64,000 bases of DNA, from positions 19,589 to 83,588 of the forward strand of contig JBBQEB010000001.1 of NCBI GenBank assembly GCA_038320275.1, written 5' to 3'. How positions within the stretch are numbered: position 1 is the first letter of the stretch; every line of letters starts with the position of its first letter. The notes under the pieces are model-generated. The model had not been told where the DNA came from. It made no database searches and worked only from the letters and a program-made list of their open reading frames with translations. Positions 1 through 9,791 of the stretch are shown here, piece by piece. The position numbers were made by a program, and so were the translations under genes. The DNA comes from Myxococcales bacterium. GTDB lineage: Bacteria > Myxococcota > Myxococcia > Myxococcales > Anaeromyxobacteraceae.

Positions 1-1566
1 CCCGGCGCGCGTCATGAGGCTGCGCACGCCGCGACCATAGCCCTCGTAGTTGCGCATCACCTCGACGAGAGACTGGAGCCGTGCGCGCTTGTCGCCCAGC
101 TCCTCGCGCAGCGTGATGAGCTTGGCCTCGTTCTGGATGAACTCCGACCGGGTGCGCTCCAGGCTCTCCTCCTGAGCCCCGCGCTCGGCCTCCAGCCGGA
201 GCCTGAGCTGCCGGTTGGCGCCGAGCCGCTCCACCTGGCGGGCGCGCGCGCCGTCGAGCTCCGCCGCCCGCCGGCCCACCTCCTCCGCCTCGCCGCGGTT
301 GCGGGCGAGCCGCCCGCGAAGATCGGCCCGCTGTCGCTCCATCGCCCCGAGCTGGCTGCGGTGTCCCGCCGCTCGCCCCAGCGCGGCGCCCGCCTCGCCG
401 CGGAGGGCGTCCGCCTGGCCGAGGAGCGTGACCGCCTCGCCGCGCAGCCTGCGCAGCGTCTCCTCGGACGCGCCCAGACGCGCCTCGTCCTCCCCGGAGG
501 CGTCGCCCAGCTCCGCGCGGCGCCGCGCCAGCTCCAGCCCCTCCTCCGCCAGCCGCTGCGCCTGTGCCTTCAGCCCCTCCAGCTCGTTGCCGCCGTCCTG
601 CGCCCGCTTGGCCAGGCCGGTGAGCTCGCGGGCGGCCGCCTCTACCGAGACGTGCGAGACGCGTTCCTGGCTCTCCAGCTCGTGCTCGGCAAGGGACAGC
701 TCCGCCACCCGCGCTTCCAGCTCGAGGACGCGCGCGCGCTCCCCCTCGATGGAGTCCTCGAGCGCCGCCATCTGCGCCGCGATCTCGGCCGCCTCGCCCT
801 CCAGTCGCGCCTTCTCGCCCTCGGCCGCGCGCCGCAGGGCGGTCGCCTCCAGGAAACGACTCGCGCCCTGCGCCAGCTCCAGCTCGCGGATGTCGGCGCG
901 CAGCGCCTTGTAGCGCTCGGCCTTGCGGGCCTGCCGGTTCAGCCCTTCGAGCTGCTTTCCCAGCTCCTGCACCACGTCGGCCACCCGGAGCAGGTTGGCC
1001 TGGGTGGCCTCCATCTTCCGCTGCGCCGCCTCGCGGCGCTTCTTGTATTTCGTGATCCCCGCCGCCTCTTCGAGGATGGCGCGCCGATCCTCCGCGCGCG
1101 CGGAGAGGATCTGACCGATGCGCCCCTGCTCGATGATGGAGTAGGCGGTTCGCCCGACGCCCGAGCCCATGAAGAGATCGGTCACGTCGAGGAGGCGGGC
1201 TGGCACCTTGTTGATGAGGTACTCCGACTCCCCGCTGCGGAAGAGGCGCCGCCCCACGGTGATCTCGGAGAAGCCGGCGTACTGGACGGGGAGCTCGCTC
1301 GGGCGATCGTTCTCGAAGGTGATGACCACCTCGGCCATCGACAGCCCTGCCTTCGTCTCCGAGCCGTGAAAGATCACGTCCTCCATGGAGCGGCCCCGGA
1401 GGTGGCGCGCCGACTGCTCGCCCAGCACCCACCGAATGGCGTCCACCACGTTCGACTTGCCGCAGCCGTTCGGCCCGACGACCCCGGTGACCCCCTCCGA
1501 GAAGGCGACCACGATGCGGTCCATGAACGACTTGAAGCCGACGATGTCGAGGCGCTTGATGCGCAT
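1..1566 (-). CDS. smc: Chromosome segregation protein SMC (5' part; runs off window start)
   Basis: Read directly on the minus strand from ATG at 1566: MRIKRLDIVGFKSFMD...GVVGPNGCGKSNVVDAIRWVLGEQS (Walker A), YSIIEQGRI, EEAAGI, then coiled coil. Confidence 0.96.
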   Translation of the reverse strand, partial: MRIKRLDIVGFKSFMDRIVVAFSEGVTGVVGPNGCGKSNVVDAIRWVLGEQSARHLRGRSMEDVIFHGSETKAGLSMAEVVITFENDRPSELPVQYAGFSEITVGRRLFRSGESEYLINKVPARLLDVTDLFMGSGVGRTAYSIIEQGRIGQILSARAEDRRAILEEAAGITKYKKRREAAQRKMEATQANLLRVADVVQELGKQLEGLNRQARKAERYKALRADIRELELAQGASRFLEATALRRAAEGEKARLEGEAAEIAAQMAALEDSIEGERARVLELEARVAELSLAEHELESQERVSHVSVEAAARELTGLAKRAQDGGNELEGLKAQAQRLAEEGLELARRRAELGDASGEDEARLGASEETLRRLRGEAVTLLGQADALRGEAGAALGRAAGHRSQLGAMERQRADLRGRLARNRGEAEEVGRRAAELDGARARQVERLGANRQLRLRLEAERGAQEESLERTRSEFIQNEAKLITLREELGDKRARLQSLVEVMRNYEGYGRGVRSLMTRAG

Positions 1567-1757
1567 TCCACGTGGGTAGCACGGCGGAGGGGGTGATTCA
1601 ATCGAACCCCTGGAACTGACGGGGGATTTCGCCGCCACCGAGGCGGTCCGCATCGCGGAAAACCGTCTGAGTCCGAAGCCTTGCGTGACGTTGCATGTAT
1701 CGTCGTGAAGCCAGGAAGGTCTCGCTCGCCTGGCCACCGGGTAGACTCCCGGCAGTC

Positions 1758-4223
1758 ATGACCACCCTCCCGCAGCTCGCGCGGCGCCTCGCGGGCTCCC
1801 TGGCCGTGCCTGCGCTCCTCGGCGCCTACGTTCTCTCGACCGCCATCGAGCAGGGCGGGACGGCTCGCTGGGAGGCGCTGCGCCCCGTACTCCCCTTCGC
1901 GGTCGCAGCCTTGGTGCTCATCCCGGCTGTCTGGCTGTACCTGGCCGCGGCGCCGATGCTGCGGTTGGTTCGGGAGGGGCCGGCGGAGGGGCGGGCGAGG
2001 CGGCGCGCCGGTGCGCGGGCGCTCCTCCTGCCTCTCCATGCCGCCCTGGACCTCTTCGCGGCGGTGAACGCGTTCGGTGCCCTCCTCGTCCTTGCGCAGT
2101 TGCGGAGTGGGCTACCGGTCGACCTCGGGATCGCTCAAATTGCAGGCTCCTTCGCGCTCTCCGTGATGGCCGCGATGTTCGGCTACGCGACCACCGCGCT
2201 CGCCACGGCCCCCCTGCTGCTCCGGCTCGGGCCGGTCGACCTCCGCTCACGAGGCACGCTGGGGGCCAAGATCCTCGGCGCCTGCTCGGGCCTGCTCGTG
2301 ATCTCGACGCTCCTCGTCGGCGCCACCTCGTACGGCCGCTACCGCCTGGACGTGGATCGGGCGTATCTGGAAGCCGCGCACTCCGCGCAGGAGCACGCCG
2401 CAGCCATCCTCGACGCACGCGGGCCTGCGGCGGCCGCCGAGTTCGTGGAGCTGGTCACCCGCGGCGCGACGGCGGTGCTCGGGCCGGACGGTGGCGTCCT
2501 CGCGTCGAGCGGCGACATAGAGGGCGAGCGCCTGGTGGGCGGCGCAGCAGGCGTCTCGGAGGAGGAGGGCGGCTGGGTGGTGCGCCGGCCGGCGGGGGCG
2601 TACACCATCGCGACCTTCCTCCCCGACGAGCCTCTGCGGCTGCAGCGAGTGGCCTTCCGCAGGGAGGCGGCGAAGCTCGGGCTGGCACTGCTCCTCGCGG
2701 CCGCCATCCTGGTGGCCCTCACCGCCCGCTTCCTGTCGCGTCCCGTGGTGCTGCTCGAGCGCGCCGCCCGGAGCATGGCGGCCGGCGACCTGTCGGTTTC
2801 CCCGCCCACGCTCTCGCGCGACGAGATCGGGCGCCTCGCGAGCGAGTTTCGCAAGATGGCGGAAGGGCTCGCGAGCCTGGTGCGCGAGGTGAAGGCCGCG
2901 TCGGTGGGCGTGGAGGAAGGCTCGACGGAGCTTGCCGCCATCGGCGCGCAGGTGAGGAGCGGGGCCGAGGAGGCTCACGGGAGGCTCCTGGGGATCCAGG
3001 CCTCCGTCGAGGCCATGCAGGGCTCGGTGACGATGGTGGGCCAGGGCCTGGGAGGGCTCGCCGACGACGTGCACACCACCTCCGCGACGGTGAGTGAGAT
3101 GGCCGCCGCGCTGGAGGAGGTCAGGCGCCAGGCCCAGGAGCTCGGGCAGCGAGTGCTCGCCTCGCAGAAGGACTCGGAGGAGCTCGCCCGCGCGGGAAAG
3201 CTGGCGGAAGACGGGCTGGCGTCGCTCGACGTCCTGGCGCGCAGCGCCCACCAGACGGTGGACGGGGTGACGGTGTCCGCCTCGGCGCTGGAGACCGCCG
3301 CCGTCGAGAGCCAGCTCGCGTCGGCACAGGCCGCCGAGCTGGCCGAGAGCGCGGAGGCGGTGGTGGGCGAGGCCGCTGCGAGCTTCGAGCGGCTGCGCTC
3401 GGCCGTGAGCGACGCCAAGGCCCGCGTGCGGGGGCTGGGACGCCGTTCCGATCAGGTGGAGACCATCCTCGACTTCATCGGCGAGGTGGCAGGCCGGACG
3501 AACCTCCTGTCCCTCAACGCCTCCATCATCGCCTCGCAGGCGGGCGAGCACGGCCGGTCGTTCGGGGTGGTGGCTCACCAGATCCGGGAGCTGGCGGCGC
3601 AGATCTCGGCGTCCACCAAGTCCATCGGCGACATCATCGGCGCGGTGCGCGATGACGTCGCGGGGACGGCGCGGCTCATCGAGCGCACCGACGAGCTCGC
3701 CGCCGCCGGCGTGGATCACGAGCGGAGGTCGATCGCGGCCCTCCAGGAGATCCGCACCGCCACCGCCCGGGGACACGAGACGGCGGCGGCCATCCGGGAC
3801 GCCGTACAGATCCATGCGCAATCGACCCGCGAGGTGAACGACCTGGTCGCCTCGGTGGCGGAGAGCTCCCAGCTCCTCGGCGAAGCGGTGAGGATGGTGG
3901 CCAAGAACGTGGAGGGGGCGGGCGGCGTCTCCCGGGCCGTGGGCGAGCTCGCCAGCAGGGTGACCCGCGAGCTGGGGGAGCAGTCGGGCCTCGGGCGGCG
4001 GCAGCTCGAGAGCCTGGAGCGGATCGACGCCATGCTCGCGGACATCGGCCGTGCGGTGGCGAATCACGACGCGGCCACCCGCCGCATGCGCGAGGCGCTG
4101 GCGAGCCTGGATCAGGTGGCGGTTCAGCACGACGGCGCGGTGGTCGAGCTCTCAGGCATCGGCGAGCGCCTGGCCGGCCGCTCGCGGGCCTTGGCGGAGC
4201 GCGTCGGGAAGTTCAAATTATAG
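1758..4223 (+). CDS. Methyl-accepting chemotaxis protein (multi-TM N-terminus, HAMP, MCP signalling domain)
   Basis: Several hydrophobic segments, HAMP (RDEIGRLA), hairpin tip TNLLSLNASIIASQAGEHGRSFGVVA; start at ATG 1758 chosen over the longer ORF. Confidence 0.9.
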   Translation: MTTLPQLARRLAGSLAVPALLGAYVLSTAIEQGGTARWEALRPVLPFAVAALVLIPAVWLYLAAAPMLRLVREGPAEGRARRRAGARALLLPLHAALDLFAAVNAFGALLVLAQLRSGLPVDLGIAQIAGSFALSVMAAMFGYATTALATAPLLLRLGPVDLRSRGTLGAKILGACSGLLVISTLLVGATSYGRYRLDVDRAYLEAAHSAQEHAAAILDARGPAAAAEFVELVTRGATAVLGPDGGVLASSGDIEGERLVGGAAGVSEEEGGWVVRRPAGAYTIATFLPDEPLRLQRVAFRREAAKLGLALLLAAAILVALTARFLSRPVVLLERAARSMAAGDLSVSPPTLSRDEIGRLASEFRKMAEGLASLVREVKAASVGVEEGSTELAAIGAQVRSGAEEAHGRLLGIQASVEAMQGSVTMVGQGLGGLADDVHTTSATVSEMAAALEEVRRQAQELGQRVLASQKDSEELARAGKLAEDGLASLDVLARSAHQTVDGVTVSASALETAAVESQLASAQAAELAESAEAVVGEAAASFERLRSAVSDAKARVRGLGRRSDQVETILDFIGEVAGRTNLLSLNASIIASQAGEHGRSFGVVAHQIRELAAQISASTKSIGDIIGAVRDDVAGTARLIERTDELAAAGVDHERRSIAALQEIRTATARGHETAAAIRDAVQIHAQSTREVNDLVASVAESSQLLGEAVRMVAKNVEGAGGVSRAVGELASRVTRELGEQSGLGRRQLESLERIDAMLADIGRAVANHDAATRRMREALASLDQVAVQHDGAVVELSGIGERLAGRSRALAERVGKFKL

Positions 4224-4262
4224 AAGAGGGCAGGGGCTCCCGCCCTCCGGCCAGGTGAACCC

Positions 4263-5276
4263 ATGCTCCAGCTCATGCAGCGCATCCTGAACCTCGACTG
4301 GCGCCGGCGCGGCGGCGTCATGCGCGAGGTGCCCATCGCGGGCTGCCACGTCTGGTACGCCGAGTTCCGGCCGAAGCTCGCCGACCTGCAGGAGCTGCGT
4401 CACGTGGCGCGGCGGGCGCGCGCCCGCGGCGAAGCGGGCGCGGTGGCACGCCCGCCCACGCTCGTCCTCTTCCATGGGCTGGGCGCGTCCAGCACGAGCT
4501 TCTACCCCGTCATCGAGCACCTCCGCCGCGGCTACCGGGTGATCGTCCCCGACCTGCCCGGCTACGGCTGGTCCCGGACGCCCAAGGGCCGCGAGTACCT
4601 GGCCTTCTCCGAGCTGGTGGACGTCGCCGAGAAGTTCGTCGCCCGGGTCGCGCCGCGGGGCGCCTACCTCGCTGGCAACTCCATGGGGGGCTGGATCTCG
4701 GCGAAGATCGCCTCCCGCCGCCCCGACCTCGTCCGCGGCCTCGCCCTGCTCAATCCCGGCGGTCCGGCGCTCCGGACCGAGGACTGGGTGGACTTCGCGC
4801 GCGTGGTGCTGGCCGAGGAGAAGGGCTCCATCGAGGAGTGGCTCTCCCGCATGTTCCACAAGACGCCGCTGCACATGCGGCTCATGTCGCGCGACTTCCG
4901 CCGCATCATGCGCGGCCCCTCGGTGGCCCAGCTCATGGGGAGCCTGCAGGACCACGATTTCCTCTCCGACGAGGAGATGGCGAGGGTGAAGGGGCCTTCG
5001 GTGCTGGTGTGGGGAGAGAACGACCGGCTCATCCCCGAAGGATGCAAGGCGTTCTATCTCAAGAAGCTGAAGGGGGTGCGCTACGAGCCGGTGCCCGACT
5101 GCGGACACTGCCCGCAGCTCGAGTGCCCCGATCGCACCGCCGACATCCTCCTTCAGCTCCCGTCCCTCGCGCAGAAGGAGGAGGAGCGCCTCCGTGGGCT
5201 GGCGGGCCCGGTTCCAGCAGTTCCGCAGCGCCGGCGGAGGGTGAAGGCCCTCGCGCGGGCGGCGACGAGGGGCTGA
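4263..5276 (+). CDS. Alpha/beta fold hydrolase
   Basis: LFHGLG, PDLPGYGWS, nucleophile elbow GNSMGG, WGENDRLIP, CGHCPQ. Confidence 0.88.
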   Translation: MLQLMQRILNLDWRRRGGVMREVPIAGCHVWYAEFRPKLADLQELRHVARRARARGEAGAVARPPTLVLFHGLGASSTSFYPVIEHLRRGYRVIVPDLPGYGWSRTPKGREYLAFSELVDVAEKFVARVAPRGAYLAGNSMGGWISAKIASRRPDLVRGLALLNPGGPALRTEDWVDFARVVLAEEKGSIEEWLSRMFHKTPLHMRLMSRDFRRIMRGPSVAQLMGSLQDHDFLSDEEMARVKGPSVLVWGENDRLIPEGCKAFYLKKLKGVRYEPVPDCGHCPQLECPDRTADILLQLPSLAQKEEERLRGLAGPVPAVPQRRRRVKALARAATRG

Positions 5277-5277
5277 C

Positions 5278-5458
5278 AGCGGAGCCCACTTGGTCTGAGC
5301 CCGTCGCGAGGCACACGATGCCGTCGATGAGCCGGGCACACGAGGAGGGAGCAGCGGAGGCGTACCTGGAAGGTACGACGAGCAGCGGACCGACAAGTCT
5401 GCCCGGCGCAGGCAGGCAGCGTGCGCCGCAGCAGGGATCAGATCGAGTGGTCTCCGCT
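5278..5458. mobile_element. MITE-like / REP-like palindromic element between convergent genes
   Basis: 25-bp imperfect terminal inverted repeats (5278-5302 / 5434-5458, 21/25 match), nested GCCGGGCA/TGCCCGGC stem, central CGTACCT-GGA-AGGTACG hairpin flanked by the direct repeat GAGCAGCGGA. Confidence 0.6.
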
Positions 5459-5467
5459 ATGAGGTCT

Positions 5468-6385
5468 CTAAAGCCCCATGCGCGCCTGGGGCTGTCCCAG
5501 GGTCCCGAAGATCTGGAACCCGAAGCTGCCGTCCTTGCCGCGCGCCTGCGCCAGCGCGAGCTCGGCGACGCTCTTGAACCCGGCGGTGCCGCTGCGCGAC
5601 CAGAACGCGTCCCGCACCACGAGGCGGACTTTTCCGAAGATGGGCGCGTAGGCGAGCCTCGGGCCGAGCACGCAGTAGAGCCCCTCGCCCGACACCTCCA
5701 GGTCGCCGCCCTTGCTCTCCAGCCGCTCGAAGGCGAGCCGCCCGTCCTTTGCCACCGCCCGCGCCGTGACCTGGCCCAGGGCGACCCGCGGCACGCTGAG
5801 CGCCCCACCCATGCCCGGCACCTGCACTTCGCCGCCATTCAGGGCGGCGTCCCTCACCTCGAGGTCGAGGTGGCCGCTGCTCCTGGCCGGCTCGCGCTCG
5901 TCGAGCGTGAGGTCCACCTCGCCGGCCACCTTGCCGCCCAGGTCGAGGCCGACCGCCTTGCGCAGCGCCGCGGCGCGGGCGAGGTCCACGCCCGTCACGG
6001 TGGCCGCGAGGTGCCGCCGGACCGAGCCCTCCTCCACGAAGCCCTTCACCCGGCCGTCGAAGAGCGACGCGGAGAAGGTCAGCCCGCGGCCCCCCCTCAG
6101 GAAGGAGAGGAGGCGCACGCTGGCATCGACCCGCTCGAGCGGGATGCGCAGGCCCTCGCTCGACTCCAGCGTCACGCCGGTCATGCCGATGCCGGCCAGG
6201 CCCGAGGGCGCCACGTCGACGGCGCTGAGGCTCCATCCCCGCGCTGCGGCTTCCAGCACCAGCCGCTCCTTCACCGCCTCGGCGGGGAAGGTGAGCCGGA
6301 GGGCGAGGGTGAAGGAGACCAGCGCGAAGCCAGCGTAGGCGAGGCGGCGCTGCCAGGGGCGCAGGACGAGGGTGGGTCGCTTCAC
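5468..6385 (-). CDS. gspN: Type II secretion system protein GspN
   Basis: Last gene of gsp operon; N-terminal TM followed by LTFPAEAVKERL and a beta-rich body. Confidence 0.8.
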   Translation of the reverse strand: MKRPTLVLRPWQRRLAYAGFALVSFTLALRLTFPAEAVKERLVLEAAARGWSLSAVDVAPSGLAGIGMTGVTLESSEGLRIPLERVDASVRLLSFLRGGRGLTFSASLFDGRVKGFVEEGSVRRHLAATVTGVDLARAAALRKAVGLDLGGKVAGEVDLTLDEREPARSSGHLDLEVRDAALNGGEVQVPGMGGALSVPRVALGQVTARAVAKDGRLAFERLESKGGDLEVSGEGLYCVLGPRLAYAPIFGKVRLVVRDAFWSRSGTAGFKSVAELALAQARGKDGSFGFQIFGTLGQPQARMGL

Positions 6386-6948
6386 GTCTTCAGCCCGTAG
6401 GTGGCGACGAGGATGGTCACGTCGACCGCGCTCGGGTCGTCGCTCCGCGTGCGCAGGCTGAGCCGCCGCACCTTCACCACGCCAGGCCCGCGCTCCAGCT
6501 CCTGCAGGAGCGCCGCCAGGCGGGTGAGCTCCAGCTTGGCGAGGCTCACCTCCACCGTGTCCTCGGTCACCTTGTCGCCAGCGGCGGCCGGGGTCGCCGC
6601 CGTGCCGGGGCGCAGGTCGTTCACCTCGATGCCGAGCCGCTGACCGGTCTGCGCGACGTAGCTCATGAGCTGCAGGGGAGGGCCCTTCAGCTTCGCCTCG
6701 AGCTGGGCGCGCTCCGCCTGCTGCGCGCGGTAGCCCTGCGCGAGCTTGCTCACCCGCGACAGCACCTGCGTCTTCGCTCCGATGCGCGCCTCCCGCGCGC
6801 TCATCCCGCGCTGGAGCCGGCTCCCGCTCATGAGGACCACGAAGAGGGCGACCGCCGCCGCGGCGAGCGACACCAGCGCACGCTCCCGCTGTGACAGCCG
6901 CCCGAACCAGGCCTCGAGGTCCGACTGCAGTGCGCGCAGGCGCTCCAT
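6382..6948 (-). CDS. gspM: Type II secretion system protein GspM
   Basis: WFGRLSQRERALV + TM + coiled coil + ferredoxin-like C-terminus; position after gspL. Confidence 0.85.
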   Translation of the reverse strand: MERLRALQSDLEAWFGRLSQRERALVSLAAAAVALFVVLMSGSRLQRGMSAREARIGAKTQVLSRVSKLAQGYRAQQAERAQLEAKLKGPPLQLMSYVAQTGQRLGIEVNDLRPGTAATPAAAGDKVTEDTVEVSLAKLELTRLAALLQELERGPGVVKVRRLSLRTRSDDPSAVDVTILVATYGLKT

Positions 6949-6949
6949 T

Positions 6950-8470
6950 CTAGCCTTTCGCCGCCGGCTTCTCGCCGGTGTCGCAGGTGAGGTCCGAGTC
7001 CACCGTGAACTCGAACTTGCCGTCGCTGGTGCGCCGCCGGGCGCCGCCCGAGCGCGCGTCTCCGAAGCAGCGCGAGGCGCGCAGGCCGGACACCACCCGA
7101 TCGACGTTCTCGGCCGCATCGGTGGTGCCCTGCAGGTGCAGCTTGTCGCGCGTGATCTCGATGCGGTCGTAGCGGAGAGCGACGTCGGCGGGGGTGCGGG
7201 CCGCGAGCTCGACGAACACGTCGAGCGCGCTGTCGCGCGGGATGGCGGCGGCGGCCGTCCCCTTGCCCCGCAGCACCGAGACGGCGGTGTCGAAGTCCTC
7301 GTAGCAGCGCCCCACCAGCTTGCGGGTCGCGTCGCAGAGCGCGCGGTCGAGGAGCGCCTCCTGCCGGGAGAGGGCGAACGCGCGCACCGACGCGGAGGCG
7401 AGCGCGAGGACGAGGAGCAGCGCCACCCAGGCTCCCAGACGCAGCACCTTCCCGCGCAGGTGCTGGAAGTCGCGGGTGTAGGCGAGGTCGCCCCGGCGGA
7501 GGTTGAGGCGCGGGGCGCGCGAGCCGAGGCCGCCGCGCAGCGCCAGCGCCAGCGCCAGCGCGAACCGCGGCGCATCGGCGGCTGGAATCACCGCCGCGAG
7601 CCCGGGCGCGAGGGCGAGCGGCTCGACGGCGCCGGCCTCCGCGGCGAGCGCCTCGGCGAGCCCGGGCAGCTCCGCCGCGCCCCCGGCGAGGAGAATGCGC
7701 CGCACGGGGGGGGCGCCCCCGGGCGACCGCCCGCGCCAGGCCCGCAGCGTCGCCCGGACCTCGCGCGCGAGCGGCACGGCGCCGCCGGGCGGCGTGAGGA
7801 AGGTGCGGGCCGCCTGGCAGGTGCCGCCTGCCACGACGCACACGCTGGTGCGGGTGGCGCCCGCGTCCACCACCGCCTCGGCGTCCCCGACGCCGGTGGC
7901 GACATTCGCCGGCGCGGCCTCCGGTTCCGATGCTGGGACGTCGGCCCAGGCCCGGGCTTCGAGCACGCTTGGCTCCAGCAGGGAAGCGTACGCGAGCCCT
8001 GGCGGCACGACTGCACGGGGATCGACTCCCACGGCCGCCAGGCCGGACAGGAGCTGCGCGAGGTCCGCCTTGCGCACGACGCCCACCAGGAGCTCGCTCT
8101 TGCCATCCCCGGTGCGGGCCGGTTGCCAGTCCCAGGCGACATCGGCCAGGTCGAACGGGATCTGCGACTCGACCTCGAACCCCACCGTCTGCTCGATGCG
8201 CCGGGGGTCTTCGAAGGGCAGGGTCACGTGGTGCGATGCGGAGGCGCCGGGCAGCGCGACCACGGCGGCGTCGAAGGCGAGCCCCACCAGCGCCTCCCGA
8301 GCGGCCTCGAGCTGGCGTTCGAGGGGGGTGGCCGGCGCGGCGCCTTCGACGGGCGGTGCCACGGCCACCTCCCGAGCCGCGGAGACGGTGAAGCCGCGGT
8401 GGGTTCCCTCCACCACCACGGCCTTCACCGCGCGCGCGCCGAGGTCGAGTCCGAGGATGCGCTGGGCCAT
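6950..8470 (-). CDS. gspL: Type II secretion system protein GspL (PilM-like actin-fold N-terminus)
   Basis: ILGLDLGARAVKAV, TLPFEDPRRIEQTVGFEVESQIPFDL, single TM, PilN-like C-terminus; operon position. Confidence 0.85.
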   Translation of the reverse strand: MAQRILGLDLGARAVKAVVVEGTHRGFTVSAAREVAVAPPVEGAAPATPLERQLEAAREALVGLAFDAAVVALPGASASHHVTLPFEDPRRIEQTVGFEVESQIPFDLADVAWDWQPARTGDGKSELLVGVVRKADLAQLLSGLAAVGVDPRAVVPPGLAYASLLEPSVLEARAWADVPASEPEAAPANVATGVGDAEAVVDAGATRTSVCVVAGGTCQAARTFLTPPGGAVPLAREVRATLRAWRGRSPGGAPPVRRILLAGGAAELPGLAEALAAEAGAVEPLALAPGLAAVIPAADAPRFALALALALRGGLGSRAPRLNLRRGDLAYTRDFQHLRGKVLRLGAWVALLLVLALASASVRAFALSRQEALLDRALCDATRKLVGRCYEDFDTAVSVLRGKGTAAAAIPRDSALDVFVELAARTPADVALRYDRIEITRDKLHLQGTTDAAENVDRVVSGLRASRCFGDARSGGARRRTSDGKFEFTVDSDLTCDTGEKPAAKG

Positions 8471-8472
8471 CC

Positions 8473-9789
8473 CTATTCCTCATGCCAGTGGAGGAGCCGC
8501 CCCTGGTCCTGGGCGAGCCCCTCCGCGCGGCGGTCGAACGTGACGACTGCGTCGATGGTGGACCGGACGTCGCCCGCCACCCCGACCGCATGGATGCGGA
8601 ACGTGCTGGAGCGATCGCCGAACGGATTGCGGCGATCGGAGCCCTGCGCCTGGGCGTAGATCGCGCCCACCTTCACGCCCAGCGCCTGCAGCACGGTGGC
8701 GAACTGCGAGGCGGTCATCGCCATGAACGGCAGCGGACGCGCCAGGGTGAGCCCAGCCGCCAGCTTCTGGAGGAAGCCGGGGTCGAGCGTCGCTGCCTGG
8801 AACTGGCCGGGCGGGTCGGACATCATGAGCGCGTTGGCGAGGAGCTGCTGCGGGTCGCTGGTGTTCACGTTGATGGGCGCGTCCACGTCCGGGTAGACGG
8901 TGAGCTGATCGCCGAAGGCCGCCATGAAGGCGTCCGTCACCCCGCCCACCAGGTACAGCTCGTCGAGCGAGTCGAACGGCGCGTTCTTCGCCTTGTAGCG
9001 GTCCGCGAGCCGGTCGTAGAGGTAGTTCTCGTCGCCGAAGCCGGGCTCGAAGGGCTTGACTGGATCGCCAGTGAAGGAGGAGCTCACCTCGTCCACGTCC
9101 TCCCAGTCGCGGATCGCGGCGAAGAGGTCTTTGCGGGAGACGCGAAACCCGTTGGCGTCGTCGGTGTCGAAGAGGAAGTCGTACTTCGGGTCCTTCACCA
9201 GTCCGGCGAGGCGCAGCACCTGGGCGCCTGGCCGTGCGCCGAGCCCGTCGAGCTGGCGCAGGTTCACCTTGCGGTCCTCGTCCTCGATGTCGGCGTGGAA
9301 CGAGCCTTCGAAGTCGAAGAAGGAGCGGCGCTGGCCCTCCGCTCCGGGACCCGCGGACGCGCTCGCGAGGGCCACCCGAGGCTGGGAGTCGCCGCCGCCT
9401 CCCAGGAAGAGCGCGGCTGCGGAGGAGTCCACCGGGATGAGCTCCCACAGCCGTACGTTGGCGGTGAGACCGGCGAGCGCACCTGCCGCCGCGGTCGGAG
9501 CTCCGCCGGCGGCGCCGCCCAGGGAGCGCGCGACCCCGGCCAGCGCCGCGCCCTGGACGCCCGTTGCGCCGTCGAGCCGCTGCTGGAAGTGGAGCACGAG
9601 CCGCGAGAGCGCCACCGCGCTCATGGCGAGCCCGTGGGCGCGGAGCTCGTCGCGCGCGTTGGCAGCGGTCTGGAGGGAGACCCGCGTGTTGTAGGCGAGG
9701 TCGAGGGTGACCGCGGTGAGGATGGCGATGGAGGTCACGACCACCAAGAGGGCCGCGCCGCGCTGCCGGAAGGGAGGGGTTCGCGCCAT
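8473..9789 (-). CDS. gspK: Type II secretion minor pseudopilin GspK
   Basis: QRGAALLVVV prepilin-like start, IEDEDRKVNL, KNAPFDSLDELYLVGGV, INVNT. Confidence 0.9.
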   Translation of the reverse strand: MARTPPFRQRGAALLVVVTSIAILTAVTLDLAYNTRVSLQTAANARDELRAHGLAMSAVALSRLVLHFQQRLDGATGVQGAALAGVARSLGGAAGGAPTAAAGALAGLTANVRLWELIPVDSSAAALFLGGGGDSQPRVALASASAGPGAEGQRRSFFDFEGSFHADIEDEDRKVNLRQLDGLGARPGAQVLRLAGLVKDPKYDFLFDTDDANGFRVSRKDLFAAIRDWEDVDEVSSSFTGDPVKPFEPGFGDENYLYDRLADRYKAKNAPFDSLDELYLVGGVTDAFMAAFGDQLTVYPDVDAPINVNTSDPQQLLANALMMSDPPGQFQAATLDPGFLQKLAAGLTLARPLPFMAMTASQFATVLQALGVKVGAIYAQAQGSDRRNPFGDRSSTFRIHAVGVAGDVRSTIDAVVTFDRRAEGLAQDQGRLLHWHEE

Positions 9790-9791
9790 GG

